Positions 40,998-49,848 of a stretch of 64,000 nucleotides of DNA are shown here, in pieces. Both the position numbers and the translations under genes were made by a program. Positions within the stretch are counted from its first letter, which is position 1, and each line of letters starts with the position of its first letter. The stretch covers positions 311,209-375,208 of the forward strand of contig OZ252251.1 in assembly GCA_965249725.1 (NCBI GenBank), read 5' to 3'. Source of the DNA: Longimicrobiales bacterium (GTDB taxonomy: Bacteria > Gemmatimonadota > Gemmatimonadetes > Longimicrobiales > Gaopeijiaceae). Below the pieces are notes generated by a model, which was not told the DNA's origin, ran no database searches, and saw nothing but the letters and a program-made list of their open reading frames with translations.

Positions 40998-42287
40998 ATG
41001 TCTTCAGAGAGCCGCGATCGGATCGTTCGGGACCCACTATGGAACACGATCCGCCTCGATGAGACCGCCGTCCGCATCGTAGACACGCAGGCATTCCAGC
41101 GCCTCCGCTACATACGCCAGCTCGGGTTCGCCCACCTCGTCTATCCCGGAGCGACCCACACCCGATTCGACCACGCCCTCGGGGTCTATCATCTTACCGT
41201 AACGGCGATCCGAAGCTTGAAGGAGACGCGTCGCATGCCCGAGGATATCGGGGATGAGGCTCTGCTGGTGCCCTACGCGGCGCTCCTACACGACATCGGT
41301 CACTACGCGTTCTCGCACGCCCTCGAGGAGTTGGAAACTGACCTCCTGCCGGGGGATCACGAAGCGATCAGCGCGCGCTTCTTCGACTCACCCGAGCTGA
41401 ATGAGGCGTTGGCGACCATCGGACCCGATGTCGGGCCCAAGATCCACGCTCTGATCCGTGGAGAGAGCGAGAACCCGCTCGGTGGGCTGGTGGCGGGCAG
41501 CTTGGATCTGGACAAGATGGAGTACCTCCGACGTGACGCCCGTTTCTGCGGGGTTCCGTACGGCGAGGTCGATGTGGACCGGCTTCTACAGGGGATCGCG
41601 ATCCTTACCGACCCTGCGACGGGGAGGACGGAGGTCGGCGTGCAGGAAAAAGCGGTGGCGGCTCTCGAGTCGCTGCTCTTCGCCAAGTACCAGATGTTCA
41701 GGAACGTTTACTGGCATCACGCTGTACGCGCCGCCACGTGTCTGTACAAACGCATTGTCGACGAGGCTGTGCAGGACGAAATCCTGGACCCGGAGGAACT
41801 CGTCGGGCCTACCGACGAGGAGTTGATTTACGAGACGACGCGACGGGCTCGGGCGTCCGACAGCCCCATCGCGGAGCGGCTCGCGACCCGGTGGCTCCCC
41901 GCGCTCCGAGCCCGAAAGCTACCGAAGCGTGCGTTGGAGGTGACCGCGGCCGAATTGGGCGATCGTGTGGTGGAGGACTGGGCGGTCTCCGAGACGGCCA
42001 TGAAGCGGTCCGTCGAGGATCAGTTGGCTGAAGAGGTCGGGCTGGAGCCCGGCGAGGTCGTCATCGACTTCCCGGCCAAGCGAGCCATGTTTCAGTTGGA
42101 TCTGCTGATCGAGAGACGGGGCGGACAGGTCCAACGTCTGGGTCTGGGGGGATTGCCGGGACTCATCGATCTACCGCGCCTGGCGCAGGAGCTCTACACG
42201 ACGACCCGGGTCCTCAGGGTCTTCACATTCGAGCGGCGTTCGTTGGACCGTGATTCGGTTCTGGAGCGGATCACGCGCCAGGCCTAG
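40998..42287 (+). CDS. HD-domain phosphohydrolase (SAMHD1/dNTP triphosphohydrolase-like)
   Basis: THTRFDHALGVYHL and LLHDIGHYAFSH. 429 aa. Confidence 0.8.
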   Translation: MSSESRDRIVRDPLWNTIRLDETAVRIVDTQAFQRLRYIRQLGFAHLVYPGATHTRFDHALGVYHLTVTAIRSLKETRRMPEDIGDEALLVPYAALLHDIGHYAFSHALEELETDLLPGDHEAISARFFDSPELNEALATIGPDVGPKIHALIRGESENPLGGLVAGSLDLDKMEYLRRDARFCGVPYGEVDVDRLLQGIAILTDPATGRTEVGVQEKAVAALESLLFAKYQMFRNVYWHHAVRAATCLYKRIVDEAVQDEILDPEELVGPTDEELIYETTRRARASDSPIAERLATRWLPALRARKLPKRALEVTAAELGDRVVEDWAVSETAMKRSVEDQLAEEVGLEPGEVVIDFPAKRAMFQLDLLIERRGGQVQRLGLGGLPGLIDLPRLAQELYTTTRVLRVFTFERRSLDRDSVLERITRQA

Positions 42288-43027
42288 GCGGCCCCAAGCG
42301 CCAGCCACCCGATGGTCACGTTGTCCGGCGCCCCCCTGCTGTGCGCCTCGGCTACGAGTCGCGACGTCATCTCCTCGAGACCGTCCCAAGTGAGGCCGTG
42401 AAGTGCCTCTTCGAGTTCAGCGTCCGTCATTAGGCCGGCCAGTCCGTCGGTACAGAGCAAGAAGATGTCGCCGGCCTGGACGGATCCGTCGAAGATATCG
42501 GACTCGACCTCCACTCCAGTCCCGACGGCCCGGCTGATCAGGTGGCGGAGCGGGTGCTCTCCGGCGGCCGATACGGTCAACGCCCCTGATTCCACCAGCG
42601 CCTGCACGACCGTGTGGTCGCGAGTGATGCGGAGGAGTGTTCCGTCCCGATAGAGGTAGGCCCGGCTGTCACCGACGTGGCCGATGACCCACTGGTCCGA
42701 GTCGTCCTGTAGGGAGAGCGCAGTCACCGTGGTGCCCATGCCGGCGCGCTCCGGCTCCACGAGAGCGGCCTGCCAAACGTTGTGGTTGGCCAAGGCGACC
42801 GCCTCCGTCATTCTCTCGCCCCAGCCCCGGGTCGACTCTTCAGAGGTGAGGTGCTCCCGGATGCTCCGGGCGGCCTCTGCGGAGGCGAAGTCACCCGCCG
42901 GGCGGCCCCCGATTCCATCGGCTACGATCACGATGCCGGCGGCCTCGTCGAGGAGCAGCGTGTCTTCGTTACGGCGTCGCTTGAGCCCCGGGTCCGACGT
43001 GCCTGCCACCCGCCACGTGAGTGCCAA
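42284..43027 (-). CDS. PP2C-family Ser/Thr protein phosphatase
   Basis: GLKRRRNEDT, VIVADGIGG, LLCTDGL. 4-nt convergent overlap with the HD gene. Confidence 0.9.
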   Translation of the reverse strand: MALTWRVAGTSDPGLKRRRNEDTLLLDEAAGIVIVADGIGGRPAGDFASAEAARSIREHLTSEESTRGWGERMTEAVALANHNVWQAALVEPERAGMGTTVTALSLQDDSDQWVIGHVGDSRAYLYRDGTLLRITRDHTVVQALVESGALTVSAAGEHPLRHLISRAVGTGVEVESDIFDGSVQAGDIFLLCTDGLAGLMTDAELEEALHGLTWDGLEEMTSRLVAEAHSRGAPDNVTIGWLALGAA

Positions 43028-43427
43028 GTATGCTCCAAGGTGAGAGAAGATCGAGCAAAAAGCTTAACCACAGCGTGATGATGCGCAAAGCGAAGAGAGA
43101 CGGTCCGGCGTGTTGCGGAATCACCCGAATTGCGGGGAACCGAAGGGGGCCGCAGGGTTAGCACAGGGTGGTCACCGACCTGCCTGATCCACCGCCCTTT
43201 GAGGGCTGGCGCCGAAGCTATGGAGATCACGTCGCGGGTGGCCTTGTGCGTTCCCACGAGTGGGAACCCCTCTCGTGGTCCGGTGTCCAATACGCTCTCG
43301 AAACATCTGGACAAGAAATCGGTATGTCGATATCTTGAACGGCTGCATATCCTACGCATGCAGCGGTCGGTCGAGGATCGGCTGATTAGCAATGACAAAC
43401 TCGAGTACTTAGGAGCATAGATTTTCG

Positions 43428-44321
43428 ATGGCTACGGCAACTACGCGGAAGCGGAAGGGACGCAATCCCCTGGCCGGCTTCGACGCTAGCATCGAAGAAA
43501 AGACCGCCCTGGATCAATATCTGAGGGACGTAAGTCGCCATGAGCTCATCACTCCCGACAAGGAGAAGGAGCTTGGTGCCCTCGCTCAGAAAGGTGACCA
43601 GGATGCGATCCAAGAGCTCGCACGAGCGAATCTTCGATTCGTCATCAGTGTGGCCAAGAAGTATCAGAACCGGGGCGTAGCCCTCACGGACCTGATCCAA
43701 GAGGGCAACGTCGGCTTGGTGACGGCCGCCCGGAAGTTCGATCCGGAGCAGGGCGTGAAGTTCATCAGCTACGCGGTTTGGTGGATTCGGCAGGCGATTC
43801 TCGCGTCTCTGGCCAATCACGGTCGGGCCGTGCGGGTACCCCTGAACCGAGCCTCCGACCTGGCGCGCATCTTCCGTGAGAAGGAGCGGCTCAAGCAGGA
43901 GTTGAATCGCGAGCCCACGTCGGACGAGTTGAGCGCGGCCACGGACCTCACGCCGGAGTTGATCGAGTCTCTCCAGACGCTCAACGCCGCAGAGATTCGG
44001 CTCGATGCCCCCATCGGCGACAGTGAGGATTCTCAGCTCGTCGAGCGGTTCATCACCGAAGAGGCCGCCGAGCCCGAGCAAGAGGTCGAGAGCCGGCTCC
44101 TGACCGAGACGGTCGGTGCCGCGCTGGACACCCTCGAGGCGCGTGACGCACGCGTGCTTCGCCTGTACTTCGGTCTCGAGGGCGAGCGCGAGCACACACT
44201 CGAGGAGATCGGCAACATGCTGGGCGTGACGCGTGAGCGTATCCGCCAGCTCCGTGACCGGGCCCTCCGGAGGCTGCGCGAGGGTGGTAAGGGAGATGCG
44301 CTGGAGTCGTTCGCGGCGTGA
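43428..44321 (+). CDS. Short RpoD-type sigma-70 family sigma factor (second copy)
   Basis: 297 aa. ANLRFVISVAKKYQNRGV, FISYAVWWIRQ, LEEIGNMLGVTRERIRQLRDRA. Confidence 0.9.
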   Translation: MATATTRKRKGRNPLAGFDASIEEKTALDQYLRDVSRHELITPDKEKELGALAQKGDQDAIQELARANLRFVISVAKKYQNRGVALTDLIQEGNVGLVTAARKFDPEQGVKFISYAVWWIRQAILASLANHGRAVRVPLNRASDLARIFREKERLKQELNREPTSDELSAATDLTPELIESLQTLNAAEIRLDAPIGDSEDSQLVERFITEEAAEPEQEVESRLLTETVGAALDTLEARDARVLRLYFGLEGEREHTLEEIGNMLGVTRERIRQLRDRALRRLREGGKGDALESFAA

Positions 44322-44338
44322 TCCACCAGCAGGAAAGC

Positions 44339-44388
44339 CCCGCCCGCCCCGAGACGAGATGTTCTCGGTGGGGGGCGGGTTTTTTTTT
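44339..44388 (+). terminator. Rho-independent terminator after the sigma gene
   Basis: GC-rich ~15-bp stem (CCCGCCCGCCCCGAGA / TCTCGGTGGGGGGCGGG, one bulge, one mismatch) followed by T9 (44380-44388). Confidence 0.7.
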
Positions 44389-44414
44389 CGTATGCCGCCT
44401 ATCCGGTTGACCGA

Positions 44415-45314
44415 GTGACGGGCATGGTCCACCAGGTCGGCGGTGGGGTGTACACCGTTGCCCTCGAGGGCGGAGGCATGGTCGAGGCGTCCCTACGGGG
44501 TCGTCTCAAGCTCGAGCAGCGTACGGGCGATCAGGTGGTCATCGGCGATCGAGTCCGCATCGCGGAGGCGGGTGACGACACACACGTGATCGAGGAGATT
44601 CTGCCCCGCGAGACGGCCATCACGCGTAGCCGCTTCGGAGGCCGGTCCACGAAGGTCCTCGTTGCCAACGCCGAGCGACTCCTCGCGGTCTTCGCTTCCA
44701 GCAGGCCGAAGCCACGCCGTGATCTGATCGACCGCCTCTTGGTGGTGGCCGAGTATGGTGGCGTCACCCCAGTCGTCGTCCTCAACAAGATGGACCTGGA
44801 GGGCGCGGCAGACTTCGCGGAGGAGCTTGAGAGCGTGTATGAGCCTCTCGGGTACCTGGTCCTGAAGGTGAGCGCCGAGACCGGTGAGGGCCTGAGCGGG
44901 CTCGCCGAGCAAGTGTGCCACGGCATCGCGGCCTTGGCCGGGCCCTCCGGGGTGGGCAAGTCGAGCCTGGTGAATGCTCTCGAGCCCGAGCACGCCCTCA
45001 GGATCGGTGAGCTCAGCCGCAAGAGCGGTACGGGCCGCCACACCACGGTGTCCTCGCGGCTGATTCAGCTCCGCTGTGGGGGGCTCGTGGCGGATACGCC
45101 GGGCTTCAGCGACATCGGGGTTTGGGGGGTGAAGCAGGGAGATCTCGACGAGTGCTTCCCGGAACTGCGGGCCCTCGCGCCCGGCTGCCGGTTCCGAGGG
45201 TGCAGCCACCTGCACGAGCCGGACTGCGCGGTGCGTGAGGCGCTAGACGCGGGCGAGATCGACGTGGATCGCTTCGAGAGCTACAAGATTCTGTTCGAAG
45301 AGGCCGAGTCTTAG
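44415..45314 (+). CDS. rsgA: Ribosome small-subunit-dependent GTPase A
   Basis: Circularly permuted GTPase: VLNKMDL then LAGPSGVGKSSLVNAL. Zinc-finger CRFRGCSHLHEPDC. Confidence 0.9.
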   Translation: MTGMVHQVGGGVYTVALEGGGMVEASLRGRLKLEQRTGDQVVIGDRVRIAEAGDDTHVIEEILPRETAITRSRFGGRSTKVLVANAERLLAVFASSRPKPRRDLIDRLLVVAEYGGVTPVVVLNKMDLEGAADFAEELESVYEPLGYLVLKVSAETGEGLSGLAEQVCHGIAALAGPSGVGKSSLVNALEPEHALRIGELSRKSGTGRHTTVSSRLIQLRCGGLVADTPGFSDIGVWGVKQGDLDECFPELRALAPGCRFRGCSHLHEPDCAVREALDAGEIDVDRFESYKILFEEAES

Positions 45315-45338
45315 GGTCCAGCTTCAGGAACAGCCTCT

Positions 45339-46145
45339 CTAGGGCCGGTAGCTTCCCGAGAGGGGCGTTACCCGCAGGACACCGGTACCCGGGTCGTCAT
45401 CGACGGACACGGGCCATTGGTAGACCTGCTGCAGCGTCTTCTCCTGCAGGACCTCGCGAGGTCGTCCCTCGGCCGCGACGCGGCCCCGATCCAGAAGCAG
45501 CATCCGGTCTGCGAAACGGGCCGCCAGATCGAGATGGTGTGTGATAAGGAAGATCGTCATGCCCCCGTCCGCCGAGGCGCGGAGCAGCTCGAGGATCTCC
45601 ATCTCGTGACGGATGTCCAGGCTGGCCGTGGGTTCGTCGAGCACCAGGACTTCGGGCTCCTGGGCGAGGGCTCGGGCGACTCGTGCCCGCTGGAGTTCTC
45701 CACCGGACAGGGTCGAGACGAACCGGTGTCCGAGTTCCCAGACGTCGCAGCGTTCCATGGCCCGCTGGACGGCCTCCCGATCGGTTGGGGTCTCCGCCTG
45801 TAGCGGCCCCAGGTACGGATAACGGCCCATGCCGACCAGGTCCCGCACGGTCAGTGGGAAAGCGACCGACTCAGCCTGGGCCACGACCCCGACCTCTCTG
45901 GCCAACGCCCGCCGGTTCCACTCCGAAACCGTCCGTCCCGAAACACGGGTCTCTCCTGTGGCCGTCGGGACCATGCCCAGCAACGCCCTGAGGAGGGTCG
46001 ACTTTCCGGAGCCGTTCGGCCCGAGGACTGCGTAGAAGGCGCCCGGCGGGACCACCATGGATACGCCGTCCAGCGCCGCGTCTTCCGCTCCCGGATAACG
46101 CACGGTGAGATCGACGGCCTCCAGGGCGTTGGATCGGTCCGACAT
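45339..46145 (-). CDS. ABC transporter ATP-binding protein (FepC/BtuD-type)
   Basis: VLGPNGSGKSTLLRAL, LSGGELQRARVARAL, VLVLDEPTASLD. Confidence 0.9.
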   Translation of the reverse strand: MSDRSNALEAVDLTVRYPGAEDAALDGVSMVVPPGAFYAVLGPNGSGKSTLLRALLGMVPTATGETRVSGRTVSEWNRRALAREVGVVAQAESVAFPLTVRDLVGMGRYPYLGPLQAETPTDREAVQRAMERCDVWELGHRFVSTLSGGELQRARVARALAQEPEVLVLDEPTASLDIRHEMEILELLRASADGGMTIFLITHHLDLAARFADRMLLLDRGRVAAEGRPREVLQEKTLQQVYQWPVSVDDDPGTGVLRVTPLSGSYRP

Positions 46146-47143
46146 CAGCCCTCCCCGCTCCCCAGGCTGCGCCGCAGGAGGACCAGGAACAGAGGCACTC
46201 CCACGAAGGCCGTGACGACGCCGATCGGTATCTCGGTCGGCGAGAGAACGGTCCGGGCTGCGACGTCCGCGAGCGTCAGGAAGACCGCTCCGGCCAGGAA
46301 TGACAGCGGAAGGAGTGTTCGATAGTCCGATCCGGCAACCAGCCTTACTCCGTGGGGGACGATGAGTCCGACGAAGCCGATTACGCCTGTTGCGGCTACG
46401 CCGGCCGCTGTGAGGAGCGAGGCCACCACGTAGGCCATCTTCTTCACGCGCTCCACGTTGGTGCCGAGGTAGCCGGCTGTCTCCTCTCCGATCGCCATCA
46501 AGTTGAGTGGGCGCGCCAGGCCGGCCAGCAGTATGGCCGCCGGTAGCGTGTACAGGGCCACCGTCGCCACGGTTGCCCAGTCGGCCCCGGCCAGGCTGCC
46601 CATCATCCAGAGAACGGCGCTTCGTACTGTGCGGGCCTCCGAGACCGACAAGACGAAGGCGATACAGGCCGCGAAGAACGCTCCTACCACGACCCCGGCG
46701 AGGAGGAGGACTCGCACGTCGACCCGGTCGTCCGCCGCCAACGCCACTCTCAGGACGAGCACCACGGCCAATATGGCACCCGCGAAGGATGCCGCCGGGA
46801 GCGCCCAGGAGTGGCTGGCCACCAGGCCCAGAGCCAGCGCCAGAACCGCCCCGGTCGCTGCCCCCCCCGAGATGCCCAGGATGTAGGGCTCAGCGAGCGG
46901 GTTACGGAGCAAGGCCTGAAAGACGGCTCCGGCCAGGGCCAGGCCTCCGCCGACCAAGATGGCGAGCGCGGCCCGGGGGGCCCTCAGCTCGACGACGATC
47001 TGTCGCAGGGCCGGATCTCCGCCACCCGTCAGGGCCGCTACCACCTCCGACGGCGAGAGTTCGACCGAACCGAGCCATATGCTCAACACGAAGGCGGCGA
47101 TCAGGACGACGAGAAGTGCTGCAGCCCAGGCGAACCGCCTCAC
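46145..47143 (-). CDS. FecCD/BtuC-family ABC permease
   Basis: GTG 47143 overlaps the SBP stop (GTGA). Ten-TM-type hydrophobic protein. The ORF-track extension to 47419 overlaps the SBP gene and is not coding. Confidence 0.85.
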   Translation of the reverse strand: MRRFAWAAALLVVLIAAFVLSIWLGSVELSPSEVVAALTGGGDPALRQIVVELRAPRAALAILVGGGLALAGAVFQALLRNPLAEPYILGISGGAATGAVLALALGLVASHSWALPAASFAGAILAVVLVLRVALAADDRVDVRVLLLAGVVVGAFFAACIAFVLSVSEARTVRSAVLWMMGSLAGADWATVATVALYTLPAAILLAGLARPLNLMAIGEETAGYLGTNVERVKKMAYVVASLLTAAGVAATGVIGFVGLIVPHGVRLVAGSDYRTLLPLSFLAGAVFLTLADVAARTVLSPTEIPIGVVTAFVGVPLFLVLLRRSLGSGEG

Positions 47144-48048
47144 CGGAAGGCCTCCGGATGAATCAGGCGAGCAATCGCTGTGGCCGCCTCTCCCAATCGA
47201 GGCCCGGGCACCTCCACCCAGCTGGGCACCGGTGCGTGATCGACGTCGGAGAGCTGGCGCGGAACCTCGCCTGAAGACACCAGGATCAGATCCACCTCTC
47301 GTGTAATCAACTCTTCGAGACTGATCGGGCCGTAGAGACCATCCAGGTCGCCGAAGACGTTGTCCGCCCCGCCGGCGGCCATGAGTTCGTGTATATAGGT
47401 CCCAGGACCGGCCACCCACGGTGGCTCACCGCCCATCAGATAGATGACGTTTCTGCGGGGTAGGCCGGCAACTCGGTCCGCCACGTCGTCGAGAGCCCGC
47501 CGCATGCCCGCCAGAATCGAGTCCACGGTGTCGCCGGTGCCAGTGATCGCCCCAAGACGCTCGACGATCGCTCGGACGTCCGCGATGCCGTCCGGCTGGA
47601 TGGCGAAGTGCGGAATGCCCAGATCACTCAAACGATCGGCGGTAGCCCGATCCGACTCCCCCCCGAATCGGACGACCAGATCTGGGCGGAGCGAGACCAA
47701 TACCTCCAGGTTGGGCTGGAGTCCTCCTCCGACAGACGGTAGCTCCGCGAGCGCCGCCAAATCGTCGTAGTCGGTGCGCCCGACGAGGTGATTCCGGACC
47801 CCAAGCGCGAGGAGCGTCTCCGTGGCCGAGGGCACGAGCGAAATGATCCGGGTGGGGGCGCTGGCGAAGCGGTGGCGCATACCCGAGTCGTCTGTGACCT
47901 CCAAGGGAAAGCCGGCTGCCGGAGCCACCTGGGTCCCGGATCCGACTCGGCTCCCGGGCTCCCCATCGCCTCCGCAGGCCAACTGAGAGGCCAGAAGCGC
48001 CCACACGCCCGCTCGGAGGAACCGCTGCCAGGCCCTGACGGGAGCCAC
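47140..48048 (-). CDS. Periplasmic binding protein of the BtuF/FhuD class (cobalamin or iron-chelate)
   Basis: Signal with Cys (ALLASQLACGG). RIISLVPSATETLLALG. 302 aa. Confidence 0.8.
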   Translation of the reverse strand: MAPVRAWQRFLRAGVWALLASQLACGGDGEPGSRVGSGTQVAPAAGFPLEVTDDSGMRHRFASAPTRIISLVPSATETLLALGVRNHLVGRTDYDDLAALAELPSVGGGLQPNLEVLVSLRPDLVVRFGGESDRATADRLSDLGIPHFAIQPDGIADVRAIVERLGAITGTGDTVDSILAGMRRALDDVADRVAGLPRRNVIYLMGGEPPWVAGPGTYIHELMAAGGADNVFGDLDGLYGPISLEELITREVDLILVSSGEVPRQLSDVDHAPVPSWVEVPGPRLGEAATAIARLIHPEAFR

Positions 48049-48081
48049 TAGCTGACGGCCACTAGAATGCGGACGGAGGCC

Positions 48082-49092
48082 TCAGGGCGCGCCGGCGCCC
48101 TCGGGCGCCGGTAGGCCACAAGAGTCCCGATACACTTCTGTCCAGCCGCCACTTTCTCTCTGAAGGGCCGAGATCCAAACGGATGTCTCACCGACCACCT
48201 CGAGAATGAGTTCGGGGGTGCTGTCACCATCGACGTCGATTCTGCCGAAGTAGCGGGCCGCCCCTTTTCCGTGTTGGCTCCAGATCCTGTGGTCGACGTA
48301 GGTGGTCTGGTAGCCACGACCGTCGGGATCGGAGGCGACGAGGAACACCGAGTAGGCGTTGCTTGGGGCCGGTCCGACCTGAAGAGAGTCCTCGTACACG
48401 AAGGTTGCGACGACCGTGGGAGCTACCGAGGACTCGCCGTTGAAGACCTGGACATCGCGCCGGACACCGAGGACGGATGCGGGCCAAGGAGATCCCAGGG
48501 TGGGCAGAAGCTCCCTCATCATGTTGAGGGACGTGACTCTGAGGTCTCGAGTCTGCTCCACCGGATCGTAGTCGTCGTATCCCACCGAGGTCGTGATGTC
48601 GCTTGGAACCGCGAGAAACGTGGTGGCCGCGGCAGCGCCGGGCACCAGTTCAATCGGACCGTTGACCTGGGCCCTGCCCCCGCAATACGCGTTGCTCGCG
48701 CTGTAGCCGGTCGCGGTCAGCGTGCCCACACGCACCCCTTCGGAGAAGAGAGTGAACGTCGATCCTGCCGCAAAGTACCGCTCGCCAAAGGCCTGAGCCT
48801 CCTGTCCTGATCCCGCACCCGGAAGCTGATGCAGCCCATCAGGATGCAGCTCCGCGACAGGCACCAACCAAGCCTCGGACCCTATGCGGCGTCCGAGAAG
48901 GAGGACGGGCTCCGGGGGGGTAGAATCCACGACGGCCTGGGTCGTGTCGACCGGCGGAGCGGGAGTCTCCATGATCGTTGGTGCCGAGGGGGCTCTCAGG
49001 CCCACGTCGACCCCTCCCCACTCCACGTTGTCGCATCCCAGGGCGACCATTACAATCCCGAGCAACGGGATCCTCTGAAGGCCTTTGACCAT
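48082..49092 (-). CDS. Hypothetical lipoprotein
   Basis: MVKGLQRIPLLGIVMVALGC lipobox-like signal. C-terminal IDVDGDSTPELILEV (FG-GAP/VCBS-like turn). 33 nt upstream of the SBP gene. Confidence 0.55.
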   Translation of the reverse strand: MVKGLQRIPLLGIVMVALGCDNVEWGGVDVGLRAPSAPTIMETPAPPVDTTQAVVDSTPPEPVLLLGRRIGSEAWLVPVAELHPDGLHQLPGAGSGQEAQAFGERYFAAGSTFTLFSEGVRVGTLTATGYSASNAYCGGRAQVNGPIELVPGAAAATTFLAVPSDITTSVGYDDYDPVEQTRDLRVTSLNMMRELLPTLGSPWPASVLGVRRDVQVFNGESSVAPTVVATFVYEDSLQVGPAPSNAYSVFLVASDPDGRGYQTTYVDHRIWSQHGKGAARYFGRIDVDGDSTPELILEVVGETSVWISALQRESGGWTEVYRDSCGLPAPEGAGAP

Positions 49093-49170
49093 GCGGAAAA
49101 GCTATCCCGGCCCTTGGGGGAAATCAAAGGTGCCTCTCTACCACTGGACTGCCCCGAGCGAGGTCGATTT

Positions 49171-49848
49171 GTGGAAGACGGCGACTCGTTGAGGACCCGC
49201 CTGGTCTGGGTGCCCTCTTTTGTGGTGGGTGCGGCCGCGGCCACCTCCGCGGCGGTCGCGGTGGCTCTCCTACTGTATTCCGGCGAGGGTATGCTGCGAT
49301 CATTGACGCTGATCGTCGCGGTGGAGCTCCTGGCATTTGGTGTGGGCCTTGCCGGACCCTCGAGCGGCAGGGATTGGGCCAGAACGGTCGAGGCTCTCCG
49401 AATCCGTTGGCTGAACGTCCTCATCGCCTTCCTGGCAGCCTCGGTCTTTGCGGTGGCGTGGACCTTCGGCGGTGGATTCGGGGCTGAGCAGGGTACACAG
49501 GCCCTTGGGCTGGCTCTGCTGGGAGCGCTGCCGTTGTATGCCTGTGGTCGGCTCCTCACGGCGATTTCTTCGGTTTCGGCGGGGGTTGTGCGCAGCAGCC
49601 CCGGTGCGTTCGCGTCCCTGGGAGCTGCTCTCGGCGTGCTCATAAGCGGGTCGACCGGACTGTCGCGCCTCGGGGCCCCGTCTCTGTTGTTGTTCTTCCT
49701 GGTCGCGCTCTCTGGCACGGCGTTGATGCAGGGATCGGTTCTAGGGGACCTGCGGGAGGTGTTGGACGGAGGCGACGCCGCGCCGACGGGAGTCGAACAT
49801 GGGGCCGGACCTGAGGCTGAGCTCGAGCCCGAGCAGCACTTCTCGTGA
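49171..49848 (+). CDS. Hypothetical polytopic membrane protein (about 6 TM)
   Basis: GTG 49171 preceded by GAGG. Hydrophobic spans throughout. Stop overlaps the GTG start of the next gene (GTGA at 49845-49848). Start uncertain. Confidence 0.5.
   Translation: MEDGDSLRTRLVWVPSFVVGAAAATSAAVAVALLLYSGEGMLRSLTLIVAVELLAFGVGLAGPSSGRDWARTVEALRIRWLNVLIAFLAASVFAVAWTFGGGFGAEQGTQALGLALLGALPLYACGRLLTAISSVSAGVVRSSPGAFASLGAALGVLISGSTGLSRLGAPSLLLFFLVALSGTALMQGSVLGDLREVLDGGDAAPTGVEHGAGPEAELEPEQHFS

Noticed and set aside
47144-47419. Upstream extension of the FecCD permease ORF to 47419
   Set aside because: It overlaps the 3' end of the binding-protein gene and is Arg/Gly-rich. GTG 47143, coupled to the SBP stop, gives a normal-length permease.
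49093-49170. Strings reminiscent of cobalamin-riboswitch core elements (GGGAAATCAAAGGTGCC ... CCACTGG) near the BtuF-like operon
   Set aside because: They lie on the plus strand, the wrong orientation for the minus-strand transporter operon. The spacer is only ~78 nt, and no B12-box-like segment or full helix set could be found by eye.
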